From a virus: a stretch of DNA of 64,000 nt. Of this stretch, positions 15,992 through 25,890 are shown in pieces. The stretch is from the IMG/VR virus record IMGVR_UViG_3300045918_000131, positions 1 to 64,000 of that record; one strand, given 5' to 3'. The position numbers and the translations under genes were made by a program. Below the pieces are notes generated by a model that saw only the letters and a list, made by a program, of their open reading frames with translations, made no database searches and was not told the DNA's origin. The first letter of the stretch is position 1, and every line of letters begins with the position of its first letter.

Positions 15992-18694
15992 TTATTTTAT
16001 TTCATTTTCTAAATACTGAGATATTTGTTCTCTTTCGGATTCGCTAAGATCATCTGCATTATACTCTCCAGATTCTAAACGTGCAATTAGTAGTTTGATA
16101 TATTCAACATCAAATGAGAATATAGAAGTTGAAGCATTAGATATCTCAATCCATCTATCTCCCACATGTTTAAATAACTTACTAGGCATATAGTCAACAC
16201 GCAAAAATAAGTCTCCAGGCACCGGTTTAGGTGGGAAAGCAACCCCAAAGCTTGCATTTCCTCCTAAAGGAAAATTATCTGCAACTGCATTAAAATTAGG
16301 AATTGAAATTTTAGATTTAACTGGCAATACTAAACCAACTGGTATGTCTACTTTAGGTAATTCAACTTTAGATAGTTCGTTTTCTTGATCGGTTTGAACA
16401 TCTTCTGCATGTAATGACATTACATCTGCAGATTGAATTGACTCGACTGTATTATTACTTAATATAAAATCGTCTTCCACTTTGGATAGTAGTGCGTTAA
16501 GACGTTCCTCTTTAGGTAATATTAATATATCAGAGAATACAGAACTAAATGCTTCCGTTGCTATTTCTTCTTTTCTTTCTTCGGTTACTACGTGCATTGG
16601 TTCTTCGATTACCTGGATCTTAGTTAATAGTGTATTAGTATCAGACAACGCTCTCGTAATATATTGCGATTCGTAATTATTAATTTCTTCAATTATGGAA
16701 TTATCGTTAAGATCTAATGGCTCAAAATATACTTGGTCTATGGGTAACTTCGAAGTCGATGACGACTTTATAAAGTCGTCAAATTGTTCGTCGGTCATAG
16801 GCTCATTGGATAATAAAACATCATCATTAAAAGTAAAAGGGGCAATAACGTGTCTATTAGACACCTCAAGAGTCAAGCTTTCTATAGTAGAATCTTTATT
16901 ATCGATTAATAGCTGTAGAGTCTTTAGATGATCAGCATAGATGTTATCTTTGTCTCTTAATGCTTTATGCAATATCTGTAATTGTTCTTCATATGTAGTA
17001 GGTATAGTATGTAACTTATCTTTATAAGTTTTTAACTCTAAATCCAAGGATTGTATTATGTTATCTTTTTTAACAATAGTGTCTTTTAACGAATTGACAA
17101 TTAACTCTTGATCTACATTTTTTTCATCAACGATTTCATTTAATGTCTTTGTGAGCAGTGCTTGATCTGCTTCTTTTTCGTTGATAATTTTATGTAATGT
17201 TTGCACTAGTAGTACTTGTTCGTTCTTTTCTATAATAGCTTCTTCCAAAGATTTAACAAGGTCTAACTGTTCAGACTCTTTTATTTCAAGCGTTAATTTT
17301 AAGTCTTTTATTTGATCATTAAGTGTGACTGGAATTACATCAACTGTTTGTTGTAACTCATCTAAAGAACTATTTAACTCCTGTATTATTGAATTTTTAG
17401 TAGTTAATTCTTTCTGTAACCTTTGAACTTGACTAATAAAGTCTTCAACAACCTCCATACGAACCCTATTATCTTCTAACACTTCTTCTAATTGATCTTT
17501 CTCGATTAATAAAGTGTCATAATCTTGTAAGCGGGTACTAATCTCAGCGCGTAATAAGTCGGCAGTGGTTACTAATTCGGCGCATTCTTCTTCTAGTCCA
17601 GTGATAGTAGGTCCAACGTCGTCCATACTTTCTAATATGGTAGATAACTTATTAGTTACTTCAACTAATTCTTCTTCATATTCTACTTGTTCCCTGGACT
17701 TATTTGCTAATTCCTCTTGTGCTAAAGGTAGCTCTTTCTCTAAATGCATTAAACAATCATTACATTCGGTGAGCATATTCTGTTCAAATTGTGCAGATAA
17801 TTCAGCATGTTTTAGTACTTTTGTTTCTTCTATAACACGTTGTAGATGTTCTTCTGTATATAAGTTATCGTGGATTACATTGAGTTTGAGTTCTTCTTTA
17901 GCCGCAACTAGATCTTCGTGTATCTTTTTACGTTTATCTAATTTTGACCAATCAATCGACGTCGTTGCTGCAAGCAATAATACTATAGCTAAGGGGTCAA
18001 ATACTAAAACTATCATAATTATAACCCATCTTACTGCCGCTTCCAACATGTCTTCGTTTGTTTTATTGCCGTATATAAGTGCAGCTACGTATTTGATAGG
18101 ACCTACGTCAGCCTCTACTTTACGTAATTGGCTTGCAATAGGTGCTCGTTGTTCTTGTAACGTTTGAATCTTCTTCTGTGTTTGGTCTATATTAGCTAGT
18201 AGTGTGATTCTTTCTTTTGCTTGCGTTTTACGAAGAGCTACTGCTTTATCGGCACCATGTTCGTCTGTAGTTCTGCCCATTAATTGATCAACAGCGGCGT
18301 CCATTTGTGTAAGAGCTTTACGATAACTATCAATATCGTCGCGTTGAGATTTAATCTTTTCGTCAAATAATAATACTTGTGCTTGTATATTGCCCGATGG
18401 TATTGCTTGATCTTGGTGCGCTTTGGAGAGTCCACCAAAAATACCAAGTGAGGTTATTATCATTAATACTATTACGGCAGAAGATAAGTAAGATCTTATT
18501 AATACTTTTGCACGGTCCCAATTATAGTGTAACCATAGTACGCTGACACATTTCCCTACTTCAAGTACTATACCCATTAGTATAATTTGAAACTCGGCAG
18601 CAGGGAATATCGCTACCAATCCTAATATACTATAATAGGCAGCAGTTAGTGAGATTGATAATGCAGATAAAATAGCAAATATTGAAAATATCAT
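15992..18694 (-). CDS. Large membrane-anchored coiled-coil protein
   Basis: Three N-terminal TM helices, a VGPIKY..LVFDPLA TM segment, a long heptad region and a C-terminal SFG..FP..P..GDLFLRVD motif. Confidence 0.75.
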   Translation of the reverse strand: MIFSIFAILSALSISLTAAYYSILGLVAIFPAAEFQIILMGIVLEVGKCVSVLWLHYNWDRAKVLIRSYLSSAVIVLMIITSLGIFGGLSKAHQDQAIPSGNIQAQVLLFDEKIKSQRDDIDSYRKALTQMDAAVDQLMGRTTDEHGADKAVALRKTQAKERITLLANIDQTQKKIQTLQEQRAPIASQLRKVEADVGPIKYVAALIYGNKTNEDMLEAAVRWVIIMIVLVFDPLAIVLLLAATTSIDWSKLDKRKKIHEDLVAAKEELKLNVIHDNLYTEEHLQRVIEETKVLKHAELSAQFEQNMLTECNDCLMHLEKELPLAQEELANKSREQVEYEEELVEVTNKLSTILESMDDVGPTITGLEEECAELVTTADLLRAEISTRLQDYDTLLIEKDQLEEVLEDNRVRMEVVEDFISQVQRLQKELTTKNSIIQELNSSLDELQQTVDVIPVTLNDQIKDLKLTLEIKESEQLDLVKSLEEAIIEKNEQVLLVQTLHKIINEKEADQALLTKTLNEIVDEKNVDQELIVNSLKDTIVKKDNIIQSLDLELKTYKDKLHTIPTTYEEQLQILHKALRDKDNIYADHLKTLQLLIDNKDSTIESLTLEVSNRHVIAPFTFNDDVLLSNEPMTDEQFDDFIKSSSTSKLPIDQVYFEPLDLNDNSIIEEINNYESQYITRALSDTNTLLTKIQVIEEPMHVVTEERKEEIATEAFSSVFSDILILPKEERLNALLSKVEDDFILSNNTVESIQSADVMSLHAEDVQTDQENELSKVELPKVDIPVGLVLPVKSKISIPNFNAVADNFPLGGNASFGVAFPPKPVPGDLFLRVDYMPSKLFKHVGDRWIEISNASTSIFSFDVEYIKLLIARLESGEYNADDLSESEREQISQYLENEIK

Positions 18695-18787
18695 AGGTTC
18701 TCTTTAAATTAAATACATCTTATATTTATGCTTGACGTAATAGAGCATAACCTAAAATTATGCCAAAAGTCAATAGTATTGAAGTAA

Positions 18788-18982
18788 TTACGGATTTGTA
18801 GACCAAGGGTGTCCAACTACCGGAGAAACAGCAACGGTATACTGGTTCAATATTCGATATGACGGAGTACCAACCTGCTGTCTATCTTTGGCAGCAATGT
18901 TAGCTAATTTGTATGCTTTTCTTGCAGATTTAGGTAGAGCGTTAATTGTAGCATTAAATACTTGTTTATACGAATAAGACAT
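18788..18982 (-). CDS. Hypothetical late protein
   Basis: GGAGG RBS, GGATAAATA upstream. Confidence 0.6.
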   Translation of the reverse strand: MSYSYKQVFNATINALPKSARKAYKLANIAAKDRQQVGTPSYRILNQYTVAVSPVVGHPWSTNP

Positions 18983-19071
18983 TATTAGTAACCTCCTTTA
19001 AGAGTGGTTACTAATATTTATCCTTTCTGTGAAAGAAAACCTTGAAATATCTAGACTTACGTCTGTTGCTG

Positions 19072-19362
19072 TTATTTTGGTATATGCATTTCGTCTAGAC
19101 ATTTTTTGATATATGCATCTTTGTTTGTTAATTCAACCTTACCATTCTTAGCATTTTGCTCACATATCGCCGAATTATGCATTTTTTCTATAGATGCTAC
19201 GTTAGACGGACCTGCGGATTCTCGTAGACAGTTTGTTAGTGCAGTTACCTTAGTCGTTGATTCTTTTAATCTGAGTGCTTCAATTGTGCATTGGTCTGCA
19301 AAGGAATTACTAGCAAGTGATAACACTGTAACAAATAATTTAATTTGGTATTTTAATTTCAT
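19072..19362 (-). CDS. Secreted protein with a PsiF-like C-terminal repeat
   Basis: Signal peptide ...SFA|D; CEQNAK...KDAYIKKCL. Confidence 0.5.
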   Translation of the reverse strand: MKLKYQIKLFVTVLSLASNSFADQCTIEALRLKESTTKVTALTNCLRESAGPSNVASIEKMHNSAICEQNAKNGKVELTNKDAYIKKCLDEMHIPK

Positions 19363-19610
19363 TCAGTTTCCTTATGTGATTTCTAACTTAACTATTTAAT
19401 ATATGCCACATTGCATCTTTCTTACTGACATATTCTAATTGTTTATTGGTTTTTCAATAACTATGCGTAGGTTAATTGTAGATTCGTCAGCGTCGATAGG
19501 CTTAATGGTTATATAACCGTGCTCATTAACCGCTGTTATAATGCTAATTCTTTTAAACCATAGAACATAATCTCTTAGCCGTAATTTCCTACCATTAACA
19601 TCAAAGCACA

Positions 19611-20420
19611 TTATTTGCTCATCAATTCTGGATCAGCACCATAAAAGATAACAGCTTCTCTATTTAGAATTGATCCCAGTGGAGGTAAGTCCAATACCTT
19701 AACAACCGAACGTGTAACTTTTAATTCTGGGTTCACCCGCGCAGTATGTTTTTCTGGCAATTTAGAAAGTTCTTCTGTACTAAATGGAATTTCTTCTGTC
19801 CTACGCTGAACATAGGTGCCGCGTTTAAAATAGGTAGGATAGTCGTTCCAGTTAATCCCTTTTTGAAATAACAGTTCTTGCTTTTCTGACCCGGTCTTCT
19901 CGTGTAATGTTTTATGACTATAGTAATGAGAAGCCGCCATACTAATACTATTCTTAGTAGCATCCCATTCTCTCCATAGAAACACGTTAGCTCCTTCTGA
20001 CGTATTAGGTACGTTCCATACGCGAGCATCAAATGTTGGCATACGACTAGCATACGTTGGCATACGTTGTAGTACTTCTCGATAAAAGAACAAAGTTGCT
20101 TGAGCACCAAGTTGAGAAGTCATTTTCTGAATCTTTCCGTCAAACCATACTTGTTGCTTTGGATTTGTTACATGCCAGCATAACGAAATTTCGTCTGATT
20201 GTGTGTACGACATCGAGGCACCGGTTTCCTTCACTAATTCAATAGCAGTAGTAATCATACACTGTGTAAAAATTTCGTCAAAAGGTCTATCCATTCCCTT
20301 TGTAAAGTTATGAAATGATCTACCATCAATCCTAGCCATAATAGGCAAACCTGGCATTAACTTGCGGCCACATTCCATTCCTTCATACAATTTCATTCTA
20401 TCGCCAAAATCATCTCTCAT
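19611..20420 (-). CDS. tRNA(His) guanylyltransferase Thg1-like 3'-5' polymerase
   Basis: GDRMKLYE, ARIDGRSFHNFT, PFD, YTQSDEISL, FDAR, WRE.DA.KNSI. Confidence 0.92.
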   Translation of the reverse strand: MRDDFGDRMKLYEGMECGRKLMPGLPIMARIDGRSFHNFTKGMDRPFDEIFTQCMITTAIELVKETGASMSYTQSDEISLCWHVTNPKQQVWFDGKIQKMTSQLGAQATLFFYREVLQRMPTYASRMPTFDARVWNVPNTSEGANVFLWREWDATKNSISMAASHYYSHKTLHEKTGSEKQELLFQKGINWNDYPTYFKRGTYVQRRTEEIPFSTEELSKLPEKHTARVNPELKVTRSVVKVLDLPPLGSILNREAVIFYGADPELMSK

Positions 20421-20473
20421 ATTGTTTTCTCACTTAAAGTTAATGTAATTGTTAATATATCTAACTAATATTA

Positions 20474-20662
20474 TTAGTTAGGGTATGGTTGATGATGTTC
20501 TACGTATGTAGCTCCGCGTAATGTAATAGCCTCTTCGATAAGAGTATCAAATGGGTTTTGGAATATAAACTGTAAGTCTTCAAATAACTCGGCTATTTCG
20601 TCATCTGACACATTTGCTGCTGTTAACTGATTAAAGAGTTTATGTTTTTTTGCGTTTTCCAT
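20474..20662 (-). CDS. Hypothetical protein
   Basis: ORF with RBS. Confidence 0.5.
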   Translation of the reverse strand: MENAKKHKLFNQLTAANVSDDEIAELFEDLQFIFQNPFDTLIEEAITLRGATYVEHHQPYPN

Positions 20663-20688
20663 GATTATGTTTTCCTAAAGATTATATG

Positions 20689-20991
20689 CTAATTGTATTT
20701 ATATTCATTTTGATAGAAATACTGCTGTACCATCTGTTCTGCATCAACTTTAGCTTTAGCACGCTTTGACCTACGAGTTTTAATTTTCATATCTGATTCG
20801 TAATCACGTTTATTACCGTGTCGGGTAGCACCACGATTAACTTCGTGGTTTAATTTCATTAGATCGTGAGAGCTCATATCTTCAATTGTGTAGCCAAGCT
20901 TCGTGCTTGACGTACTCTCGAGTTCTTTCTTTAAAGAAAGAATTTCGCGTTTTAACTTACATTGATGTTTTGTGCTGTTGGTATTTGACAT
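20689..20991 (-). CDS. Hypothetical basic protein
   Basis: ORF with RBS. Confidence 0.55.
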   Translation of the reverse strand: MSNTNSTKHQCKLKREILSLKKELESTSSTKLGYTIEDMSSHDLMKLNHEVNRGATRHGNKRDYESDMKIKTRRSKRAKAKVDAEQMVQQYFYQNEYKYN

Positions 20992-21369
20992 TATTAATCC
21001 TTAAAGTCTCCATCGGCATCACAATGTTCAGGAGGATATCCATGTTTATGGATTGTAACGGTGCGTATCAAACGAACTACAATAGATTGAATTAATTGTG
21101 CAATAATTAAGAATAGAAATATTGTTAGTATAGGGTTGTTAGATGCAAATTCATAAATATTCATGTTGTTATTTTCACTTAAATGTTGGAAGAGAAAGGC
21201 TTATCACGAAGAATGTATAGTATAATAACAACACAAAATCCCCAGAAACTCATAATAAAGTTATCTTTTTGCATATTATTAAACGCTGTTATTAAAATAG
21301 AGCCAATCAAAAACCAAGTTATCTGAGTATTATTTTCGTTTAGCTAATATGTTAGTTTCTTCATATCGA

Positions 21370-21678
21370 TTACCTTATTTTATTTGCAAGAATCGCAAAA
21401 CAAAGACTTTGCTCTACACAATCGTAGAAATCAGGGCATATTTTAAATAATTCTATTTGATTTACTTTGGTATACGTCTTTTCTTTTTTACGTTGTACGT
21501 CATTGAGAGTCCAACGACTATCATGCTTTTTAAAGCTAACAGATTTCCCTCTCGCACCCCAAGCACAATAAAAAGCATTTCCAACCTTAAAACTTGTCCA
21601 AATTTTATCGGAATACCCACCTGTTTTAGTAGGCTCAGTACTATGACCAACCCATATAAATTCAAGTGTATTTGACAT
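21370..21678 (-). CDS. WGR-like domain early protein
   Basis: SDKIW...YCAWGARG; behind a repeated early promoter. Confidence 0.6.
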   Translation of the reverse strand: MSNTLEFIWVGHSTEPTKTGGYSDKIWTSFKVGNAFYCAWGARGKSVSFKKHDSRWTLNDVQRKKEKTYTKVNQIELFKICPDFYDCVEQSLCFAILANKIR

Positions 21679-21698
21679 ATATTTAACTCCTTTGTTTG

Positions 21699-21742
21699 TA
21701 TTTAATAAAGCTATTATACGCAGGTTGTAACAAAAAGTCAAG
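21699..21742 (-). promoter_or_regulatory. Conserved early promoter copy
   Basis: CTTGAC...TATAATAGCTTTATTAAATA. Confidence 0.75.
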
Positions 21743-21878
21743 CTTTTTGTTACGTCAAAACGTCAAAATTAACGTAACTTATTGTTTTTGGGGTCAACTA
21801 CTACACGAATGTAAAGATCCTATGGTTTTCTGCTCTAAATGGATAAATAAAGTATAAAGACGTAAAGGGGACATTAGT

Positions 21879-22661
21879 ATGACACTTCAATTAGTCAATG
21901 TGGGTAAAAAACCAGGCGATGGTAGTGGTGATCCGTTAAGGGTTTCATTTGAGAAAATTAATGAGAATTTTACAGAGTTATATACTAATTTAAGTATCAG
22001 AGGTAATACCAATGTAACAGTATCAAATGGCACTGTTACGTCTATTTGTGGAAAAGATGGTGATGTGCTATTAGACGTAAATGACATAGCGGGTGCAGTA
22101 TCTCGCGGGTACGTAGAGAATCAAATTCAATTAGCATTAACCTTATCTAGATTGGGTGCTTTTTCATCAAACGCAGATGTAGCAACGGTGTTAACTATCT
22201 TAAATAATATTAGTTTATCTCTTAATACTAAAGCTAACGAATACGATTTTGCATCGTTTACTTCTTCGATATATACAAAACCCGAAATAGATTTAATGTT
22301 ACAAAATATTACAACACAATCTAAAGATTACGGGCTATTGGGGGCTACAGATCACGGGTTAATAACAGAAATAACAAGTAAAACAATAGATTATGGTGTA
22401 TTACCAACATTACCAAAGCCTATATCGTTCACCGGAATTATCAATGACATGGGTTATGTAGCACAGTCAGTGACTAAAATAGTAGATTTTGGAGTAATAA
22501 CACATCCTATAACGCAAATCATTGACTATGGAATACTTCCGATATTAATACTTGATATGATCAAAGATTTTGGTGATATAGTACATGCTGTGTCAAACAT
22601 AATAGACTTTGGGAATATAACTGACTCTACTATCCAAATTAAAGACTATGGCATTGTTTAA
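21879..22661 (+). CDS. Tail/baseplate-associated protein with C-terminal D[YF]G repeats
   Basis: N-terminal VNVGKKPGDGSGDPLRVSFEKINENF (T4 gp9/gp10-like N-terminus); seven to eight ..ID[YF]G.. repeats. Confidence 0.7.
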   Translation: MTLQLVNVGKKPGDGSGDPLRVSFEKINENFTELYTNLSIRGNTNVTVSNGTVTSICGKDGDVLLDVNDIAGAVSRGYVENQIQLALTLSRLGAFSSNADVATVLTILNNISLSLNTKANEYDFASFTSSIYTKPEIDLMLQNITTQSKDYGLLGATDHGLITEITSKTIDYGVLPTLPKPISFTGIINDMGYVAQSVTKIVDFGVITHPITQIIDYGILPILILDMIKDFGDIVHAVSNIIDFGNITDSTIQIKDYGIV

Positions 22662-22708
22662 TGATAGAATTAAATGCGTGAATAAATAAATATATTAAAG
22701 GAGTTTTT

Positions 22709-23533
22709 ATGGCAGACCAAGTACAAATTCGCCGCGGAACAACGGCACAAAATGCATCATTTGTGGGAGCTCAAGGAGAGCTAACCATGGATATAGATCA
22801 GAATGTTTTAATCTTACATGACGGAGTATTAGCAGGGGGGCATAAGCAAGCTAATGTTGCATTTGTTACATCTAATATCGGCAGTGGTGGAGGATCAATA
22901 GGCCCCACCGGACCAGCTGGGATCTCGGGTACTACCGGATCTGCAGGAGCAGTAGGTCCTACTGGACCAACAGGAATCGCAGGACCAACAGGTGCTAACG
23001 GAGTTAATGGATCAGTATGGTATCAAGGTAATGTTGCTCCTAACTCGTTAGTGGGTGTAAATGGAGATATGTATTTAAATACTATTACTGGCAACGTATA
23101 TACTAATATCAACACTGTGTGGACATTAAGTAGTAACTTGACAGGTCCCCAAGGTTTAGTAGGTCCAACAGGTCCTTCTGGAATAAATGGTACTACCGGA
23201 ATTAATGGAACAATAGGTCCCCAAGGTTTAGTAGGTCCAACAGGTCCTTCTGGAATAAATGGTACTACCGGAATTAATGGAACAATAGGTCCCCAAGGTT
23301 TAGTAGGTCCAACAGGTCCAGCTGGTGCAGATTCAACGGTTATAGGTCCAACAGGTCCAACAGGTATAGGCTTTGTTTTAGTACCATCTACTACCAATGG
23401 CAATAGTGGGGATACAGTTGGAATGATGGCAGTTGATGCAATTAATGGATACCTATATTATTGTATTGCTACATATACAGACGGGTCAACAGCAATTTGG
23501 TATAGACAAACACTCGCAGGCACTACTTGGTAA
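22709..23533 (+). CDS. Collagen-like fiber protein with an Mtd_N-type N-terminal domain
   Basis: QVQIRRGTTAQ...GEL..D.D...L.LHDG...GG; GPT collagen repeats with a 63-bp internal duplication. Confidence 0.75.
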   Translation: MADQVQIRRGTTAQNASFVGAQGELTMDIDQNVLILHDGVLAGGHKQANVAFVTSNIGSGGGSIGPTGPAGISGTTGSAGAVGPTGPTGIAGPTGANGVNGSVWYQGNVAPNSLVGVNGDMYLNTITGNVYTNINTVWTLSSNLTGPQGLVGPTGPSGINGTTGINGTIGPQGLVGPTGPSGINGTTGINGTIGPQGLVGPTGPAGADSTVIGPTGPTGIGFVLVPSTTNGNSGDTVGMMAVDAINGYLYYCIATYTDGSTAIWYRQTLAGTTW

Positions 23534-23671
23534 TAGATTCATTATGGTAATAGGTAGATTATTTATCTACCTAAATAGTAAATGGTAAAGGAATTATTAC
23601 TTTACCATTTCAATTCCTGCTGGCAGGATAAATACTAATATTACACAAGTAAGTTAAAAAGGGTAGTAAGT

Positions 23672-25543
23672 ATGACACAAATATCTCTGCAACAAGTTAA
23701 TACAGGAACCGGAGCAAATACAGGTACTGGCGATACACTATTAAGAGCATTCACTATTACTGATCAGAATTTCAACAATATCGAAATAGCTATCAATAGT
23801 TTAATATCAAGTTCTGCATTAACGATATCGTCTTTTAGTCAAAATATCGCTTTTAATTCTGGAACAATTAGCACTAACCCAAGTACTGGATCATTAGTAG
23901 TTAATGGCGGCGCCGGAGTTACAGGAAACGTTAATGTAGGCGGAGATATTTCTGGAAAACAAATTACAGTAAACGATACATATACAGGAACATTAATAGT
24001 TAATGGCGGTGCTGGAGTTACAGGAAACGTTAATGTAGGCGGAGATATTTCTATTAATGGGTCATTAACTGTATTCGGCAATACTACCACAATCAGTACA
24101 TCAGAGTACATAGTTCAGCATCCTACTATACAGTTAGGGGGAGCCAACTTATTAAATGGTCCAAGTGTCACACTTTCAAGTAATGATGGGTATGATAGAG
24201 GTATTGATTTTTATTGGTATAATATCTCTCAACATCAAGGGTTTTTTGGTTTACAGAATTCAACCGGTAGATTTACATTTATTCCGTCTATAACATCCGG
24301 ATCAGATAATCACCCAGTTTTTTCAGGGTCGCCAGGAGATGCAGTATTTAATACTGTCTATGCTAATGTTAATGCTATTGGATCAAGCACATTTAATTCT
24401 ATCAACGTAACAAATGGGATTACTGGGACATTATTTACGGCTGCACAACCTAATATTACTAGTGTTGGTCACTTATCGTCCTTAATAGTAAATGGAGACA
24501 TAAACACTGGGACAATACATGCATCTGAGATTTTAATTGGCGGTAGTCCTGTTGTAACAAGTGCGACTACTTTTCGTGGTGGAATAGTAGCATTAGACAC
24601 TGAATTTTCTAGCAATGTTATAATTGATAAAAGTCTAACTGTAAATGGTAACTTAACTTTATCAAACTTCTATGCCACTAACATAGGTGGTACATTAACA
24701 ACAGCTTCGCAACCTAATATTACTTCTGTTGGAGACTTAATTAATTTAAAAGTAAATAATAATATCACTGTTAGTGGTAACGTGTCTGCAACATATTTAT
24801 CTGGTACACTAACAACAGGTACTCAAACACTCACTAAGTTAACAGTCACTACCCCTATTACTGGAAATATAACAGGTAGTTCGGTAACGGTTACGGGTGC
24901 TAATCAAGGTGCAATAAAACAAGTAGGTTTATTAAACAATCTCTCAGTAAGTGGAACTATAGATGCAGCATCAGATATTCATTTTTCTAATAGTGCTGGC
25001 ATTAGATTTACAGATAATACTTACTTAACTACCACTAACGGGTTAGGTGGAGTAACACCTGGCCCAACAGGTCCTCAAGGACCAACAGGCCCTGCATCAA
25101 CGGTGGTTGGCCCTACAGGTCCTGCCGGAGCAAATTCTACGGTTATTGGCCCAACTGGTCCTCAGGGTGCTATCGGTCCAACAGGTCCTGCAGGAGCATC
25201 TACGACAAACCTAACTTATTTGGGTTCGTATACTTCGGTGTACATAGGAGATATGTCATCTGGAAATAGAACATTTTCGTTACTAGTTTCATCTTATAGT
25301 TTCTTATCTAATTTAAAAATACCCGTAGTGACACTCGAATATGATTATTGGGTGTGGTATGGTGGTTATGGGGGTACAGGTACTATTAGCTTAGTCAGTG
25401 TATCTAACCGAACACCTGGTATAAACAGTACTACTGGTCAAAATGTCTCTGGAGATTACTTGGATATAGTAGTTTACTTAGGTCCAGGGGGCGGGTACTA
25501 TTCCGCATGGCCAAATACTATCACACTAAAATTCTGGAGATAA
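23672..25543 (+). CDS. Tail fiber protein
   Basis: GTGDTLLRAF N-terminus, AAQPNITSVG repeats, collagen segment, variable C-terminal domain. Confidence 0.75.
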   Translation: MTQISLQQVNTGTGANTGTGDTLLRAFTITDQNFNNIEIAINSLISSSALTISSFSQNIAFNSGTISTNPSTGSLVVNGGAGVTGNVNVGGDISGKQITVNDTYTGTLIVNGGAGVTGNVNVGGDISINGSLTVFGNTTTISTSEYIVQHPTIQLGGANLLNGPSVTLSSNDGYDRGIDFYWYNISQHQGFFGLQNSTGRFTFIPSITSGSDNHPVFSGSPGDAVFNTVYANVNAIGSSTFNSINVTNGITGTLFTAAQPNITSVGHLSSLIVNGDINTGTIHASEILIGGSPVVTSATTFRGGIVALDTEFSSNVIIDKSLTVNGNLTLSNFYATNIGGTLTTASQPNITSVGDLINLKVNNNITVSGNVSATYLSGTLTTGTQTLTKLTVTTPITGNITGSSVTVTGANQGAIKQVGLLNNLSVSGTIDAASDIHFSNSAGIRFTDNTYLTTTNGLGGVTPGPTGPQGPTGPASTVVGPTGPAGANSTVIGPTGPQGAIGPTGPAGASTTNLTYLGSYTSVYIGDMSSGNRTFSLLVSSYSFLSNLKIPVVTLEYDYWVWYGGYGGTGTISLVSVSNRTPGINSTTGQNVSGDYLDIVVYLGPGGGYYSAWPNTITLKFWR

Positions 25544-25545
25544 TA

Positions 25546-25887
25546 ATGTACTCAATTAATATAAATGGAGTAGTTAAAACACCTTCTTATCCCACTAGAG
25601 AAGAAGCTGTAATAGCAATAGAGCAACTAATTTCTCAAGGAGTAACTGGCGTTGGGTTACAAATTAACGTACTTCCAACATCAACCCTACTATCTCAAGC
25701 TTTAATAGACACAGCAAAACAAGCTCTAACAAAAACAGATATGGTTGTAATTAGATGTAGTATTGCAGGTATATCATTCCCAGTGGAATGGAAAAATTAT
25801 GTATTAGCATTAAGAGCTATAGTAAACGGCACAGATACAACTAGTACAGAATTACCAGCACAACCCTCATATCCAAGTGGTACGTAA
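25546..25887 (+). CDS. Tail fiber assembly chaperone
   Basis: A..ALTKTD...EWKNYVLALRAI...LP..P; directly follows the fiber gene. Confidence 0.7.
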   Translation: MYSININGVVKTPSYPTREEAVIAIEQLISQGVTGVGLQINVLPTSTLLSQALIDTAKQALTKTDMVVIRCSIAGISFPVEWKNYVLALRAIVNGTDTTSTELPAQPSYPSGT

Positions 25888-25890
25888 TTA

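Noticed and set aside
22709-25543. Diversity-generating retroelement suggested by the Mtd_N-like fiber domain and internal repeats
   Set aside because: No reverse transcriptase and no TR/VR pair with adenine-specific differences in the window. The repeats are ordinary collagen and beta-repeat duplications.
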